Below are positions 8,975-18,176 of a stretch of DNA of 64,000 nt, piece by piece. The DNA is from a phage. The first letter of the stretch is position 1; each line of letters begins with the position of its first letter. The notes beneath the pieces were generated by a model, which was given only the letters and a program-made list of their open reading frames with translations, did not search any database and was not told the DNA's origin. The position numbers and the translations under genes were made by a program. The DNA lies in the sequence record NC_135730.1; one strand, given 5' to 3'.

Positions 8975-9355
8975 ATGAAAAACACTACTAAAGCTATTGA
9001 CACCGTTATGTTTAACCTGGTTACCTTTCGCGAGGATATGAAAGATCTTCCACGTGAAACAGTGTGCGATCACATTGAAAACTATCGCAAACTAATCAAA
9101 GAGTTGCCTTTAAAACGTGACCAGTATGCGGCTAACGCTATGCTCAACGCCATGATCAAAAAGATGATTCAGTGTGATTTAACCCTGGCTTATGATTATG
9201 CAGGTGGTCGTTTTGCAGTATACAATCAGCCCGTGCCTGGTATGGGCACCACCGAAGAATTGCACGCGCTCAATCTAAAACAAGACGTGTGGGATAGTAT
9301 GCCCCGCGTGGTGGTGTGGGCAGAAAGCGGAAAGATTTACGGCGATAATTTTTAA
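8975..9355 (+). CDS. hypothetical protein
   Basis: 126-aa track ORF; upstream TTGCAA/TATATT promoter and leader hairpin. Confidence 0.65.
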   Translation: MKNTTKAIDTVMFNLVTFREDMKDLPRETVCDHIENYRKLIKELPLKRDQYAANAMLNAMIKKMIQCDLTLAYDYAGGRFAVYNQPVPGMGTTEELHALNLKQDVWDSMPRVVVWAESGKIYGDNF

Positions 9356-9364
9356 TCAGGTAAC

Positions 9365-9392
9365 AGGCGGCATATTTGCCGCCTTATTGTTA
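9365..9392 (+). terminator. rho-independent terminator
   Basis: ggcggca-tattt-gccgcc followed by TTATTGTT. Confidence 0.55.
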
Positions 9393-9419
9393 AACAGAAC
9401 TGCAAAAGAGGTACATAGA

Positions 9420-9791
9420 ATGGAATTTATTATTTTGGCCGTATTAGTTTCCTTGTTTAACGCCTGGATCGCTGGCAAGATGGGTAGATCCGCCTTTTTA
9501 TGGTTTATTATATCTATTTTCCTGGGGGTGGTTGCAACTATTGTACTTGTTATCCTTGCAATTGTTGACAAGGGGAATAATAGAAAGGGTAAAGTATTTT
9601 CAGACCTGTACGACGCTCAAACATTTGTCAACGCCTACTACAGCGATCTTCCAGTCTCCCTACGTTGCAGCCTTGCACAACAGGTTTTCGATGAAGCTAA
9701 AACCAGAGATCACGCCCATGAGATTTGTTTAACTGAGGCGGATCGCCTATTTGAGAGGAATAGAAAATATGTGGACCAGCCGTTTAAATAA
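9420..9791 (+). CDS. hypothetical membrane protein
   Basis: ATG at 9420 within track ORF 9387-9791; two predicted TM segments. Confidence 0.55.
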   Translation: MEFIILAVLVSLFNAWIAGKMGRSAFLWFIISIFLGVVATIVLVILAIVDKGNNRKGKVFSDLYDAQTFVNAYYSDLPVSLRCSLAQQVFDEAKTRDHAHEICLTEADRLFERNRKYVDQPFK

Positions 9792-9990
9792 TGCCACGTT
9801 AATTAATCCCTTTAGTGAAGATTTGAAGCCAGCCGCCTGGCGCGATGGATTCAATAACGAAAGCTTTATTTTCAGGCCTGATCTTAAGGAATTTTATAAC
9901 AATGGATCGAACAACGACAGAGATAATTTTTCTTGTAATGTGCGTGGTGATAATACTCCTGGGGGCCATTGCAAACCACGTCACTGCTAA
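9769..9990 (+). CDS. hypothetical Asn-rich protein (an alternative frame 9902-10027 encodes a TM peptide)
   Basis: ATG at 9769 with GAGAGGA RBS; competing overlapping frame. Confidence 0.3.
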   Translation: MWTSRLNNATLINPFSEDLKPAAWRDGFNNESFIFRPDLKEFYNNGSNNDRDNFSCNVRGDNTPGGHCKPRHC

Positions 9991-10010
9991 CAGGAGGGGA
10001 GGGGGAGACG

Positions 10011-10130
10011 ATGACAACCAAGGATAAGCCCCGCACCGATAAGGTGCGCCGTGTTATGGTATGGCTTGAGATCATCGCCCTTGAAATATTGTTAGGCGTA
10101 GGGATGTACTTTATCGCTGTAAGTAACTGA
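10011..10130 (+). CDS. small hydrophobic peptide (39 aa)
   Basis: MTTKDKPRTDKVRRVMVWLEIIALEILLGVGMYFIAVSN after AGGAGGGG RBS. Confidence 0.35.
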   Translation: MTTKDKPRTDKVRRVMVWLEIIALEILLGVGMYFIAVSN

Positions 10131-10133
10131 TAA

Positions 10134-10166
10134 CGGCCCCCAATCCCTGGGGGCTTAACTTTTTCA
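10134..10166 (+). terminator. rho-independent terminator
   Basis: gccccca/tgggggc stem followed by a T-run. Confidence 0.5.
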
Positions 10167-10270
10167 AAAATTTTTCTTCCCGGGTGTTGCAATCCGGTCC
10201 GGAATATGGATAATAACAATCAACGGGGAAACATCCCCACCAACACAAAAACCAGAAAGGAGAAACAAAA

Positions 10271-10471
10271 ATGAGCAACAATATCCGCGTTATTAACTTC
10301 AAAAAAGAAGAAAAAATTGCCGTGCTGATTGACGGTCAAGAAATCTTCAAGGGCGACTATGAAGATCATCAAACGGCGATTAGTATCACTCGCGTGATTG
10401 GTTACCATAATTTTTACCCCCAAGGCGCTGAGGCGGCGGTTAAACGAATCAAAGAGATTGTAGGCCTGTAA
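10271..10471 (+). CDS. hypothetical protein
   Basis: 66-aa track ORF; leader hairpin ggggaaacatcccc; AAAGGAG RBS. Confidence 0.6.
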   Translation: MSNNIRVINFKKEEKIAVLIDGQEIFKGDYEDHQTAISITRVIGYHNFYPQGAEAAVKRIKEIVGL

Positions 10472-10483
10472 AATTTATTTTTA

Positions 10484-10520
10484 GATGGCCTTGACTCTAG
10501 GGCCATCAATAAAGTAAATT
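10484..10520 (+). promoter_or_regulatory. palindrome-embedded promoter, copy 3
   Basis: gatggccttgactctagggccatc. Confidence 0.55.
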
Positions 10521-10556
10521 TAAACCCTGTTAAAATAATCAGTGCAAAAAGGAGTA

Positions 10557-10862
10557 ATGATCATGTTTATCCAGGCTAATAATCTTTATTTCTTTGATGG
10601 TCAGATCGTAGACGGCGTGGAGGTGGAAATCACCGGGTGCCCTGGCGGTCAGGTTATGACTTTTCGGAATAATGCCTTTGATGATTCTCATATCGTTATG
10701 AGAATGGAAGTTAGTAAGCTGGATGACAAGAAAACACTTATCGACTATTCTGTGAAAGATCATCCAGACTACCACATGATCTATGGTGATTTGTGCGTTG
10801 TTGACCGTGACAAGGTGGGCGGCATTGTGATCGCTATTGTGAACGATGTTTTCTCAAACTAA
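10557..10862 (+). CDS. hypothetical protein
   Basis: ATG at 10557 (or 10563) after AAAGGAG; within track ORF 10542-10862. Confidence 0.55.
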   Translation: MIMFIQANNLYFFDGQIVDGVEVEITGCPGGQVMTFRNNAFDDSHIVMRMEVSKLDDKKTLIDYSVKDHPDYHMIYGDLCVVDRDKVGGIVIAIVNDVFSN

Positions 10863-10879
10863 TTTCAGCAGGTGATTTT

Positions 10880-11230
10880 ATGAAAGTAAAACTATATTAC
10901 CTTAATGAGCTTAACCCCCTTGCCCAGGTCCGCGCCATAGCTAATACCTTGATTTGTGAGAAATCTGTATATTGTGTTGAGCTTAACGCCATGCGTGAAC
11001 GTCTCAAAGGTGGTTACTTTGACATCCATACTGCAATCAACGGCCTGAATATGGAATTTATACGCTTACGTAACAGCCGCTGGAATCTGGCAAGAATGGA
11101 ACAAGATCCGGCCTACCTTCGTAAGCTGGTTATTGAAAATCATCTGATGTTTAATGCCGAGGGTGATTATTACCATTTTCACCGCAGACGCTGGTACCGT
11201 GGCGGCAATACAGGCAAGAATGCAAAATAA
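10880..11230 (+). CDS. hypothetical protein
   Basis: 116-aa track ORF. Confidence 0.6.
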   Translation: MKVKLYYLNELNPLAQVRAIANTLICEKSVYCVELNAMRERLKGGYFDIHTAINGLNMEFIRLRNSRWNLARMEQDPAYLRKLVIENHLMFNAEGDYYHFHRRRWYRGGNTGKNAK

Positions 11231-11261
11231 GGCCCCTAGCAGGGCCTGCAGCAATATAATC

Positions 11262-11300
11262 ACATAAAGGCTATGCGGTTGCATGGCCTTTATTATTTTG
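11262..11300 (+). terminator. rho-independent terminator
   Basis: 8-bp stem ggctatgc/gcatggcc followed by TTTATTATTTT. Confidence 0.55.
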
Positions 11301-11430
11301 GCGTTACAACGGCATACGGGGCGCTTAAAAATTTTTAAAAAGTACTTGCATCATTCCCGACAATATGGATAATAGGACGCATCAGGGGGGCGGCCCCCAA
11401 TCATTAACCGGATAGATAGGAGTTAAAACC

Positions 11431-11715
11431 ATGGCTATTGTTACCGTTGGCGATGTAGTGGAAATGGAAGCAAAATACTTAAAAGCGGGTATGCATATCC
11501 TTCGGAACGATCAAGAAATGTTGCTGACTATGGTTGACTATAATCCTGGGCAGGATTATCCTAGCGTTGACTACTTTTTCCAGTATGTTGATGAAGAATT
11601 AAAAGAGGATGAGGCTTATTGCGGTGAGTTCTGCAACTTCTTTTGCCCGGATGAAGTTGTAAAAGTTATCTATCAACCTGGCGTACCTTTCCCGCTACAC
11701 GCTATCAATAAATAA
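11431..11715 (+). CDS. hypothetical acidic protein
   Basis: 94-aa track ORF; TTGCAT/GATAAT promoter; ATAGGAGTTAAAACC leader as for the 6819 gene. Confidence 0.65.
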   Translation: MAIVTVGDVVEMEAKYLKAGMHILRNDQEMLLTMVDYNPGQDYPSVDYFFQYVDEELKEDEAYCGEFCNFFCPDEVVKVIYQPGVPFPLHAINK

Positions 11716-11771
11716 ACCTGGCGGGGCCGAAAAGGCCCCCCAATTATGAAAATAAAGAGAGGCAAATCATC

Positions 11772-12002
11772 ATGATGGAACAAATTAAACGCGCCGAGGC
11801 TATTAATGGCAACGTGATCTATTTTGTCAGCAATAACGAAAAAGGCGTACCATATGCGGCGGTAATAGTACAGCCTGACGGCGATTATTGGTTTACTGTG
11901 TACGGCGCTTACTCTTTTGGGCGTCCAGTGCATGATAAAATTTTGAAAGTAGCGAACCCTACCGGGAAGAATATCACAGCAGAAAAATTTTTTGAAAAAT
12001 AG
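11772..12002 (+). CDS. hypothetical protein
   Basis: 76-aa track ORF; leader hairpin ggggccgaaaaggcccc. Confidence 0.6.
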   Translation: MMEQIKRAEAINGNVIYFVSNNEKGVPYAAVIVQPDGDYWFTVYGAYSFGRPVHDKILKVANPTGKNITAEKFFEK

Positions 12003-12082
12003 TTGACATGGCCTTATAAGACTGTAGAATATAAATCAAAGGGGGCAACAAGCCCCACCAACCACAAAGAGGATAAAAAATC

Positions 12083-12262
12083 ATGGCTATTATTGCAAAG
12101 ACTGAGATCGTAGGCTTAGATTCTATTCTCCTCGCATATGAGGAAGCTATAGAAATGTATGTGGTTTCCTATGGTGAATATATCCGTGAATATAAATCTA
12201 TTGATCTGGCTTTTGAATGTTATATTCGCCAGGTTAATAAAGCGTACGATGATTATCGTTAA
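12083..12262 (+). CDS. hypothetical protein (59 aa)
   Basis: own TTGACA promoter, leader hairpin, AAAGAGGA RBS; below track cutoff. Confidence 0.45.
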   Translation: MAIIAKTEIVGLDSILLAYEEAIEMYVVSYGEYIREYKSIDLAFECYIRQVNKAYDDYR

Positions 12263-12352
12263 AATAGCTTGACAACAAACAACCATCTAACAAAGCATAA
12301 TACATAAGGCGGTGGAATGGTCCGCCACCTGGAACAAGAAGAGGAAAACAAG

Positions 12353-12457
12353 ATGAAACAGAAATTAATTGATGCGGTGATCCTGGTTATTGCCCTGGGT
12401 ATTGGCCTGATTGCAACCATGTCTAATATGATCTTGTCTTCCAACGGTATCGGGTGA
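12353..12457 (+). CDS. small hydrophobic peptide (34 aa)
   Basis: MKQKLIDAVILVIALGIGLIATMSNMILSSNGIG after promoter, hairpin and AAGAGGA RBS. Confidence 0.4.
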   Translation: MKQKLIDAVILVIALGIGLIATMSNMILSSNGIG

Positions 12458-12466
12458 GGTTGGCAA

Positions 12467-12682
12467 ATGATCACTAACAAAACAGGCAAAACAGAATTTT
12501 TACGCAACTTACAGATCGGCAAGCCTGAGATCTGGTATTGCACTAAAACACCACGTGACGAAATGAAAGACTTCACCGCCACGCTGCAACGGGTAAAGAT
12601 ATCCATCACGCAGAAAAAGGCCTTATTAGTGGTGGAAGGTGAGATCCCCCAAACCGTTGTTATAGTTGAGCGTACAGCATAG
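12467..12682 (+). CDS. hypothetical protein
   Basis: 71-aa track ORF. Confidence 0.55.
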   Translation: MITNKTGKTEFLRNLQIGKPEIWYCTKTPRDEMKDFTATLQRVKISITQKKALLVVEGEIPQTVVIVERTA

Positions 12683-12773
12683 TTTAATTTATACCGATAC
12701 CCGAAAATTAACCAACAAAGCATAAACAGGCGGTTACCGCCGCCTTAAACGTAGCAGAAAGAGGATAGACACA

Positions 12774-13058
12774 ATGAAAAAGATGATCGCAGTGGTTGCC
12801 CTGGTTGTTGGACTTAATGCGCCTGTAATGGCTAAAGAGCTGGCAAAAGAGGTTAATCTAACGGATATTCATGCCGTCAATCAAATCGGGGTTACTTATC
12901 GCTTATGCCTTGCCGCTAAAACTTTCCAGGACGGCACGACAGAGTACTACGGATTCGAGGGTATCCGGTGCGGTGAGCTTGCTCGCGACCTTAAGGAAGA
13001 TCCAGATCTGGAAGATCTACCCATCACCGTAAACGGTAAAGCTTACGTAAACCGTTAA
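12774..13058 (+). CDS. hypothetical secreted/periplasmic protein
   Basis: 94-aa track ORF; N-terminal signal-peptide-like MKKMIAVVALVVGLNAPVMA. Confidence 0.6.
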   Translation: MKKMIAVVALVVGLNAPVMAKELAKEVNLTDIHAVNQIGVTYRLCLAAKTFQDGTTEYYGFEGIRCGELARDLKEDPDLEDLPITVNGKAYVNR

Positions 13059-13060
13059 CC

Positions 13061-13195
13061 ATGAGAAAGATAACCATCACCTTGGGGATTGTGGTAGCAA
13101 TACTGGCGCTCTTTCCCCTTATGGTTAGGTATGTGCTGATCAGTGTTGTCCTGATAGTCAGTGATCTATTGGAAACGGTTGGCACCTTGTTTTAA
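13061..13195 (+). CDS. small hydrophobic peptide (44 aa)
   Basis: MRKITITLGIVVAILALFPLMVRYVLISVVLIVSDLLETVGTLF; below track cutoff. Confidence 0.35.
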   Translation: MRKITITLGIVVAILALFPLMVRYVLISVVLIVSDLLETVGTLF

Positions 13196-13208
13196 AGAGC
13201 GATAAAAA

Positions 13209-13400
13209 ATGAATATCGAACAAGTTAGAAAGGTATTAGCGGTACTGCGTTATCATAATCATAGAAAGGTCATAGACGATCCTGATTATGTTGATTCAAG
13301 CCTGGAAGAGGATACACTACAAGCCATAAGTAACATGCAAGAATTGCTAAAGCGCATGACAGAGAAAAACCGACCGGACTACATAGGCGAAAAAATATAA
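13209..13400 (+). CDS. hypothetical protein
   Basis: 63-aa track ORF followed by a terminator. Confidence 0.55.
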   Translation: MNIEQVRKVLAVLRYHNHRKVIDDPDYVDSSLEEDTLQAISNMQELLKRMTEKNRPDYIGEKI

Positions 13401-13416
13401 TATTTATAAACTACAA

Positions 13417-13446
13417 AACAGGGCTTGCAATGGTCCTGTTTTTTGT
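13417..13446 (+). terminator. rho-independent terminator
   Basis: acagg/cctgt stem followed by TTTTTTG. Confidence 0.55.
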
Positions 13447-13458
13447 TATACTTATTCC

Positions 13459-13507
13459 ACGGCAGGCACCTGGCGACGGGGGGAGACAATCACCGGGCCT
13501 GCCTGTC
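13459..13507 (-). repeat. GC-rich hairpin element, copy 3 (inverted)
   Basis: reverse complement reads ggcaggcccggtgattgtctccccccgtcgccaggtgcctgcc. Confidence 0.6.
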
Positions 13508-13611
13508 ATATAAGAACTATAAAAACCGTTGACATCTGCCATGGGGTGGGGTAACATTTATCTTGAAGGGGCAAAAGTGCCCACACAACACCCAGGAGAG
13601 AGGAAAACATT

Positions 13612-13884
13612 ATGTCAAGCTGGATTAATCAAGAAGTCGAATCACGTTTTAATGCTATATGGGATCTCATCGAAAAAGAGGACGGAACATCAAGCCCCTA
13701 CCTCAACAATTTGGAATTCCATTTTGTGGAAGCGATGAACGCAGAACATGATCACGAAGGTGGCGCGGATGAGTTCGCTAAAGGTTATGGCTTTAACAAT
13801 GCCAACGAAATGATCGAGGCGGTCGTACTCCAGGCTGAGGAAGATTATCAATTAAAAACGCTTGAATTCTGCCGCCGTAAGTAA
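13612..13884 (+). CDS. hypothetical acidic protein
   Basis: 90-aa track ORF; TTGACA promoter at about 13533; leader hairpin gggcaaaagtgccc. Confidence 0.65.
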   Translation: MSSWINQEVESRFNAIWDLIEKEDGTSSPYLNNLEFHFVEAMNAEHDHEGGADEFAKGYGFNNANEMIEAVVLQAEEDYQLKTLEFCRRK

Positions 13885-13944
13885 TAAGATAATGACATGG
13901 GCCAAAAGGCCCACTAATCAGAACCACACAAAGAGAGAAAGAAA

Positions 13945-14163
13945 ATGACAACCCGTAAAATTAAAGTTGTTTGCATTGAATCGACTGGGGGCGCTTTTGT
14001 AGTTGGTCAGGAATATAATGCGGTTTTAATGGGTACGGATTGGAAGGTTAAAGGCCTTAATGGTTACGAGTACGGCACTACTTGCGGCTTGCGTGGTCGA
14101 ATCGGATACGTGAGTTTAGACAATAAAGAAAAATTTGTTTTCGACACCCTTGTGAGTAAATAG
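13945..14163 (+). CDS. hypothetical protein
   Basis: 72-aa track ORF; leader hairpin gggccaaaaggccc. Confidence 0.6.
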   Translation: MTTRKIKVVCIESTGGAFVVGQEYNAVLMGTDWKVKGLNGYEYGTTCGLRGRIGYVSLDNKEKFVFDTLVSK

Positions 14164-14240
14164 CATGAATTGCTAAAAACTGATCTGCGAACTGCTGTAT
14201 TATCAACTAATCAAAACGAACCACATAAAGAGGAAACATC

Positions 14241-14504
14241 ATGAAACGTCTGGATCAGCTTAAATTAGTTCAGTACATGGCCTACAGAATTCTTGAAGTC
14301 CAAAAAGGTAGCAAAAAAGAGGTTTGCGAGAAAGCTTATAAGATCTTTACCCGCAAAAAAGATGACTGGATGCTACGCCAGACCAAAAAGGCTGACATCT
14401 TGGGGTACCTGGAAGAAGAGATCCGCCTTGAAGAGCAAGAAGAGATCCGCCGTAGTGAGGCAGATTATCAGGCAGCTTGGGAAAGCTGGATGAGTAACAA
14501 ATAA
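14241..14504 (+). CDS. hypothetical protein
   Basis: 87-aa track ORF; AAAGAGGA RBS. Confidence 0.6.
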   Translation: MKRLDQLKLVQYMAYRILEVQKGSKKEVCEKAYKIFTRKKDDWMLRQTKKADILGYLEEEIRLEEQEEIRRSEADYQAAWESWMSNK

Positions 14505-14646
14505 TACAACAAGTTACGGTCAGGGGGTAATAAAGCCCCTTGATCACATAAAAATTATGCTATCCTTGGTTGACAAGGATCGGCAGTTTTGCTATATTCT
14601 TTTTGAAGGGAAGTTGTAAGAAAATTAACTAAGAGGTAAAAACACC

Positions 14647-15066
14647 ATGAACATTAAATCTAATAATCCGGCATATAGCTTTGATAACGCTTTTTGTCAC
14701 GGTCCGGCGGCGAAAGGATTCGAAATCGATGGTAAACTAATTATTGTCAATGTTGACGGGGAAGAGGTTGCAGTATATCCGGTGGCAGACGTTAAAAGCC
14801 GTTTGCAATGCCGCATGGATGTTACCGCCTATCAGCTTGATCCGGTCCGCATAGTTGCCCTGGTCCTGGAAGAAGAAATTAAAGCCATGCACCATAGCAA
14901 CAGGTTTATTGGTGACGCTCAGGATAATATGAAGGTATGCCGCTATAAAGTTAATGAAGTGCTTAAAGAATATGGATTTAAGGATCTGATGATCAAACGT
15001 GATGAAAAATTCCGCTACCGTAACGACCTGGCAAATCGGATTTTTGAAATATACGAATCATTATAA
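14647..15066 (+). CDS. hypothetical protein
   Basis: 139-aa track ORF; TTGACA/TATATT promoter at about 14567-14600. Confidence 0.65.
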   Translation: MNIKSNNPAYSFDNAFCHGPAAKGFEIDGKLIIVNVDGEEVAVYPVADVKSRLQCRMDVTAYQLDPVRIVALVLEEEIKAMHHSNRFIGDAQDNMKVCRYKVNEVLKEYGFKDLMIKRDEKFRYRNDLANRIFEIYESL

Positions 15067-15084
15067 TTTTTTAACTGAATTATC

Positions 15085-15110
15085 AAGGGGCTTAGGCCCC
15101 TTTCTTTTTG
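15085..15110 (+). terminator. rho-independent terminator ending the + strand early block
   Basis: aagggg-cttag-gcccct followed by TTCTTTTTG. Confidence 0.65.
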
Positions 15111-17500
15111 TCTGCTCTTCCCCCTACCATAAACGGCCCTACCTGGCAAGTGGAATAATTGACGAGCCATCAATCCCACACACTGTACAAATATACATGT
15201 AAAATAGCTATTGCATAACCTTTCATTGTGTGGTAGCAGGGCTATTTTACCCGTTTTCCCTTCCAAAATTGCACGTAATGCCGCTATTGCACAAATTTTA
15301 ACCTGATGCAGATCTTCAATATCTTGTCAACAAATAAAAATTCTTATAAGTCATACACTTACACCAACACAAAAGCGTTTTCTACGTGAAAAATCGAGTA
15401 TAACTATAGCCGCCAGATCTCAGAATTTACGTACGCTCACCATTCTATAGCCTGCTAAGTATTTATTCCAACCATAGAATAATGGAATAGTCAATACCTG
15501 CATAAAATAATTATTCGTTTAAATTGCATAACATAAATCAGCCAGGGTGTCAACATTTTTCGTAAACAGTCCGAAATTATCGCTGTGAATTATCATAAAC
15601 AGAGAAATCTTTAGTCGTCTAATGTTTACTGTACGTTACTATACTGACTGGAATCATTAGATGACTAAGAGAAAGATAAGAAATAATTAACAATACAATT
15701 ATTTTATCTGTAACAATAAGGCAACTATGCAAACGAATGGCATGGCGCGACGGAGTCGCGACATAATATAAAAGCAGTAACCATCACCCCCGTGATAGTT
15801 TGTCTGCAATCTATTAATCAGATCATAGTTGCCTTGTATTTAGTTAATCATGACATAACAAGCAAGGCAACTATAGATCTTCTAATAGTTGCCCTGCTTT
15901 TATATTATGTCATAGAAACACCCGAAGGGGTGACCAAAGGTCACCTGGCATAGCCAGCGAAAGATTATTAACTTGCTAATCGTTATCATGCAAACGAATG
16001 GCATGGCTTATAATTTTTGAGCAAATAGTCTATACGTGAACAGTGAGGCATGCAATAGTAACAATTGTTATTATATCCAGTGTTTAGTATGCCCAGTGTG
16101 TCAAAGGTGTCTAAAGTGTCAGACAAGTTTTTCTCCTCTTTGTCAAGTGCTGCATGAAAAATTTACAATCTGGTATGGTAGCATTTTTGCGGCCCTGTTT
16201 ACATCCAGTTGTGTATGTATAACCCTTGTTGTGTGGGCGTTTAGACGTCTGGACGGTTGGAAGTCTACAGGTCAATATCTAATCTATCGGCTGCTAACTA
16301 TATCCCACACAAATAGTAAGAAATATAATTGTTATATGCGTAAACAGTAACTCATGTTATCAATCCCTGTATGTATCGCCAGTGGTGCGCATAATGGGTA
16401 TTATGTTAAATTGCCCGTAATGATAATGGTTCTCACAATGATATGTATTCTCATTCCCCCACACAAAATAGATTGCAAATGTTGTGCCACTATGTGAACG
16501 GCCTCACCTATTAATTTGCCTCACTGCCTCGATATTTGAGAATTGTTATAAGAATGAGAAGTATTCCCATTTCGTCCGCCTGGCAGCACTCCTGTCGGTC
16601 AGGTCAAAATCGTGGTATAACTGGACCTGTTCAGATATTTCTGGCTGACTCTTCAGGCCTGTGTGGGAAAAGCCGACCCCTCCGGCGGCGGGGAGGGGGT
16701 CAATTAAAAAATTTACGGGGTATATGAAGCGCTCTTCAGGTAAGGCAGGTATTATGGGATGAAACCCTCTTCAGGTAATGATATTTGTGGGTGTGATATT
16801 TGCTGGAAAGCCAGATATGACGGGACTCCCGGCGGGGCAGGGGTAGTACAGACAGGGAAAATATGGAGGATGTGGTTGGGTAAATTGATCAGACAGGTAG
16901 AGTATGGAATATGTTATGAATATGTTAAATATAGAGGTTGAATATCTGTAGGATTTGTGTGTAAAATCAAAGACTTAAGTGGTGTTGTGGTATTTTCTAT
17001 AAATAATTCAAGTTTAATAGGTGATATTTGTCCCTATCTACTTTGTGTGGTAAACAGATTCAGATGAGATTGGTTTACGAGTGTATACATAATATACAAA
17101 TTAAAGATACAAGAAACCCCCCTCCCCCTTCGGCTACCATTCACCTTTTCCTCTGACTGGTACTTAAACACTTATTCAGACTCTTCAGGTTATCACCCAT
17201 ATATCATATGGCAGTGACTGGTGTCCTCCGGCCCCTCTTTCGTCACCCGTCCGCTTCGCCATGCTAATGCCATAGCCAAATGTTCGGTTGTTCACCCTGT
17301 TCACTCAGGTGTATCTCCATACCCCTTCAAACCGAAGAGAACAGAAAACCCGAATTACTCGGTAAAAGAAAAGAGAAGAACTTAATTTTATCAGGATAGG
17401 CAAGAATGTCAAGGCATGACTGCTCACTAAACAAGCAAACAGTCATGTGTGGGAGGTAAGTGATTGTGGTGGTGGGAAATTTAGTTGAAAGATGTGCTAC
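15111..17500. other. 2.4 kb non-coding repeat-rich region at the convergence of the two transcription blocks
   Basis: no credible ORF with RBS; nested inverted repeats 15757-15915, duplicated atgcaaacgaatggcatggc, four ctcttcagg repeats, CCCCTCCCCC motifs. Confidence 0.6.
16672..16705 (-). terminator. candidate minus-strand terminator
   Basis: gacccctcc/ggagggggtc hairpin followed on the minus strand by GGCTTTTCC. Confidence 0.35.
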
Positions 17501-17541
17501 AGGTGCGCTTCCAGCACTTTAGCCGGGCAGCTAATTGTGTG

Positions 17542-17757
17542 TCAGTCCAGCGGTTCATCCTCTACTTCACTGAAATCAATGTTCATGGTCTCTTCCCAAC
17601 CATCGATCTCAGCACAAGAGTGGAGTTCTTTAGGGTTTACTCCCAAAGCCTCAGCAACAGAGTCTATATTTAACACCTCTGGCAGGTATGATTCATCGAA
17701 TTCAAGGTAAATCAGGCCACGAGTGTTGTCAGCTCCACCAAATATTTCTATCTTCAT
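17542..17757 (-). CDS. small acidic protein (family A-like)
   Basis: ATG at 17757 after AGAGGAG RBS; starts MKIEIF; within track ORF 17542-17823. Confidence 0.5.
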   Translation of the reverse strand: MKIEIFGGADNTRGLIYLEFDESYLPEVLNIDSVAEALGVNPKELHSCAEIDGWEETMNIDFSEVEDEPLD

Positions 17758-17877
17758 GAAATCTCCTCTGGAAATGAGAATGTGAACAGGGTTTATATGT
17801 TCCAATGCACTGGAATTATGCACGTTTGCCTCTTCAGGCCATGCTTTAGCATGAGGAACCTGTGTGGGCTCGGTGCT

Positions 17878-18090
17878 TCATAGTCTACCACCTCTGAACT
17901 CTTCGTGCTCAGGCATAATAGAGAACCAGATATCTACGATGTCTTCCCACGTTAGGTCATCAGCCTCAGGATCTACCTGGAGCGAAGATGGAGAATCTTC
18001 AGAATCGAAGTTTTCCTCTTGCACTGGCTCAGTCAAGGGACATATAGTCACTCCTTTGGATGTCTCTTCAGATGCATGTGTGTTTATCAT
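17878..18090 (-). CDS. hypothetical acidic protein
   Basis: ATG at 18090 overlapping the stop of an upstream 29-aa TM peptide (ATGA coupling); within track ORF 17878-18291. Confidence 0.4.
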   Translation of the reverse strand: MINTHASEETSKGVTICPLTEPVQEENFDSEDSPSSLQVDPEADDLTWEDIVDIWFSIMPEHEEFRGGRL

Positions 18091-18176
18091 GTTCCACCCG
18101 TGAGTATTCCGGCAACAGCCACTATGGACGTAATGATCATCAGGATCACCACCAAAACCTCTGACAATGTTTTCAT
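18087..18176 (-). CDS. small hydrophobic peptide (29 aa)
   Basis: MKTLSEVLVVILMIITSIVAVAGILTGGT downstream of a minus-strand TTGACA promoter near 18225-18255. Confidence 0.3.
   Translation of the reverse strand: MKTLSEVLVVILMIITSIVAVAGILTGGT

Noticed and set aside
12259-12723. 154-aa minus-strand ORF
   Set aside because: Antisense to promoters, leader hairpins and three RBS-supported + strand genes
16036-16350. 104-aa Cys-rich ORF in the non-coding island
   Set aside because: No RBS or promoter; composition looks like chance translation of repeat-rich DNA; kept inside the non-coding region finding
15111-17500. Possible CRISPR array
   Set aside because: The repeated motifs are short, irregularly spaced and not separated by uniform spacers
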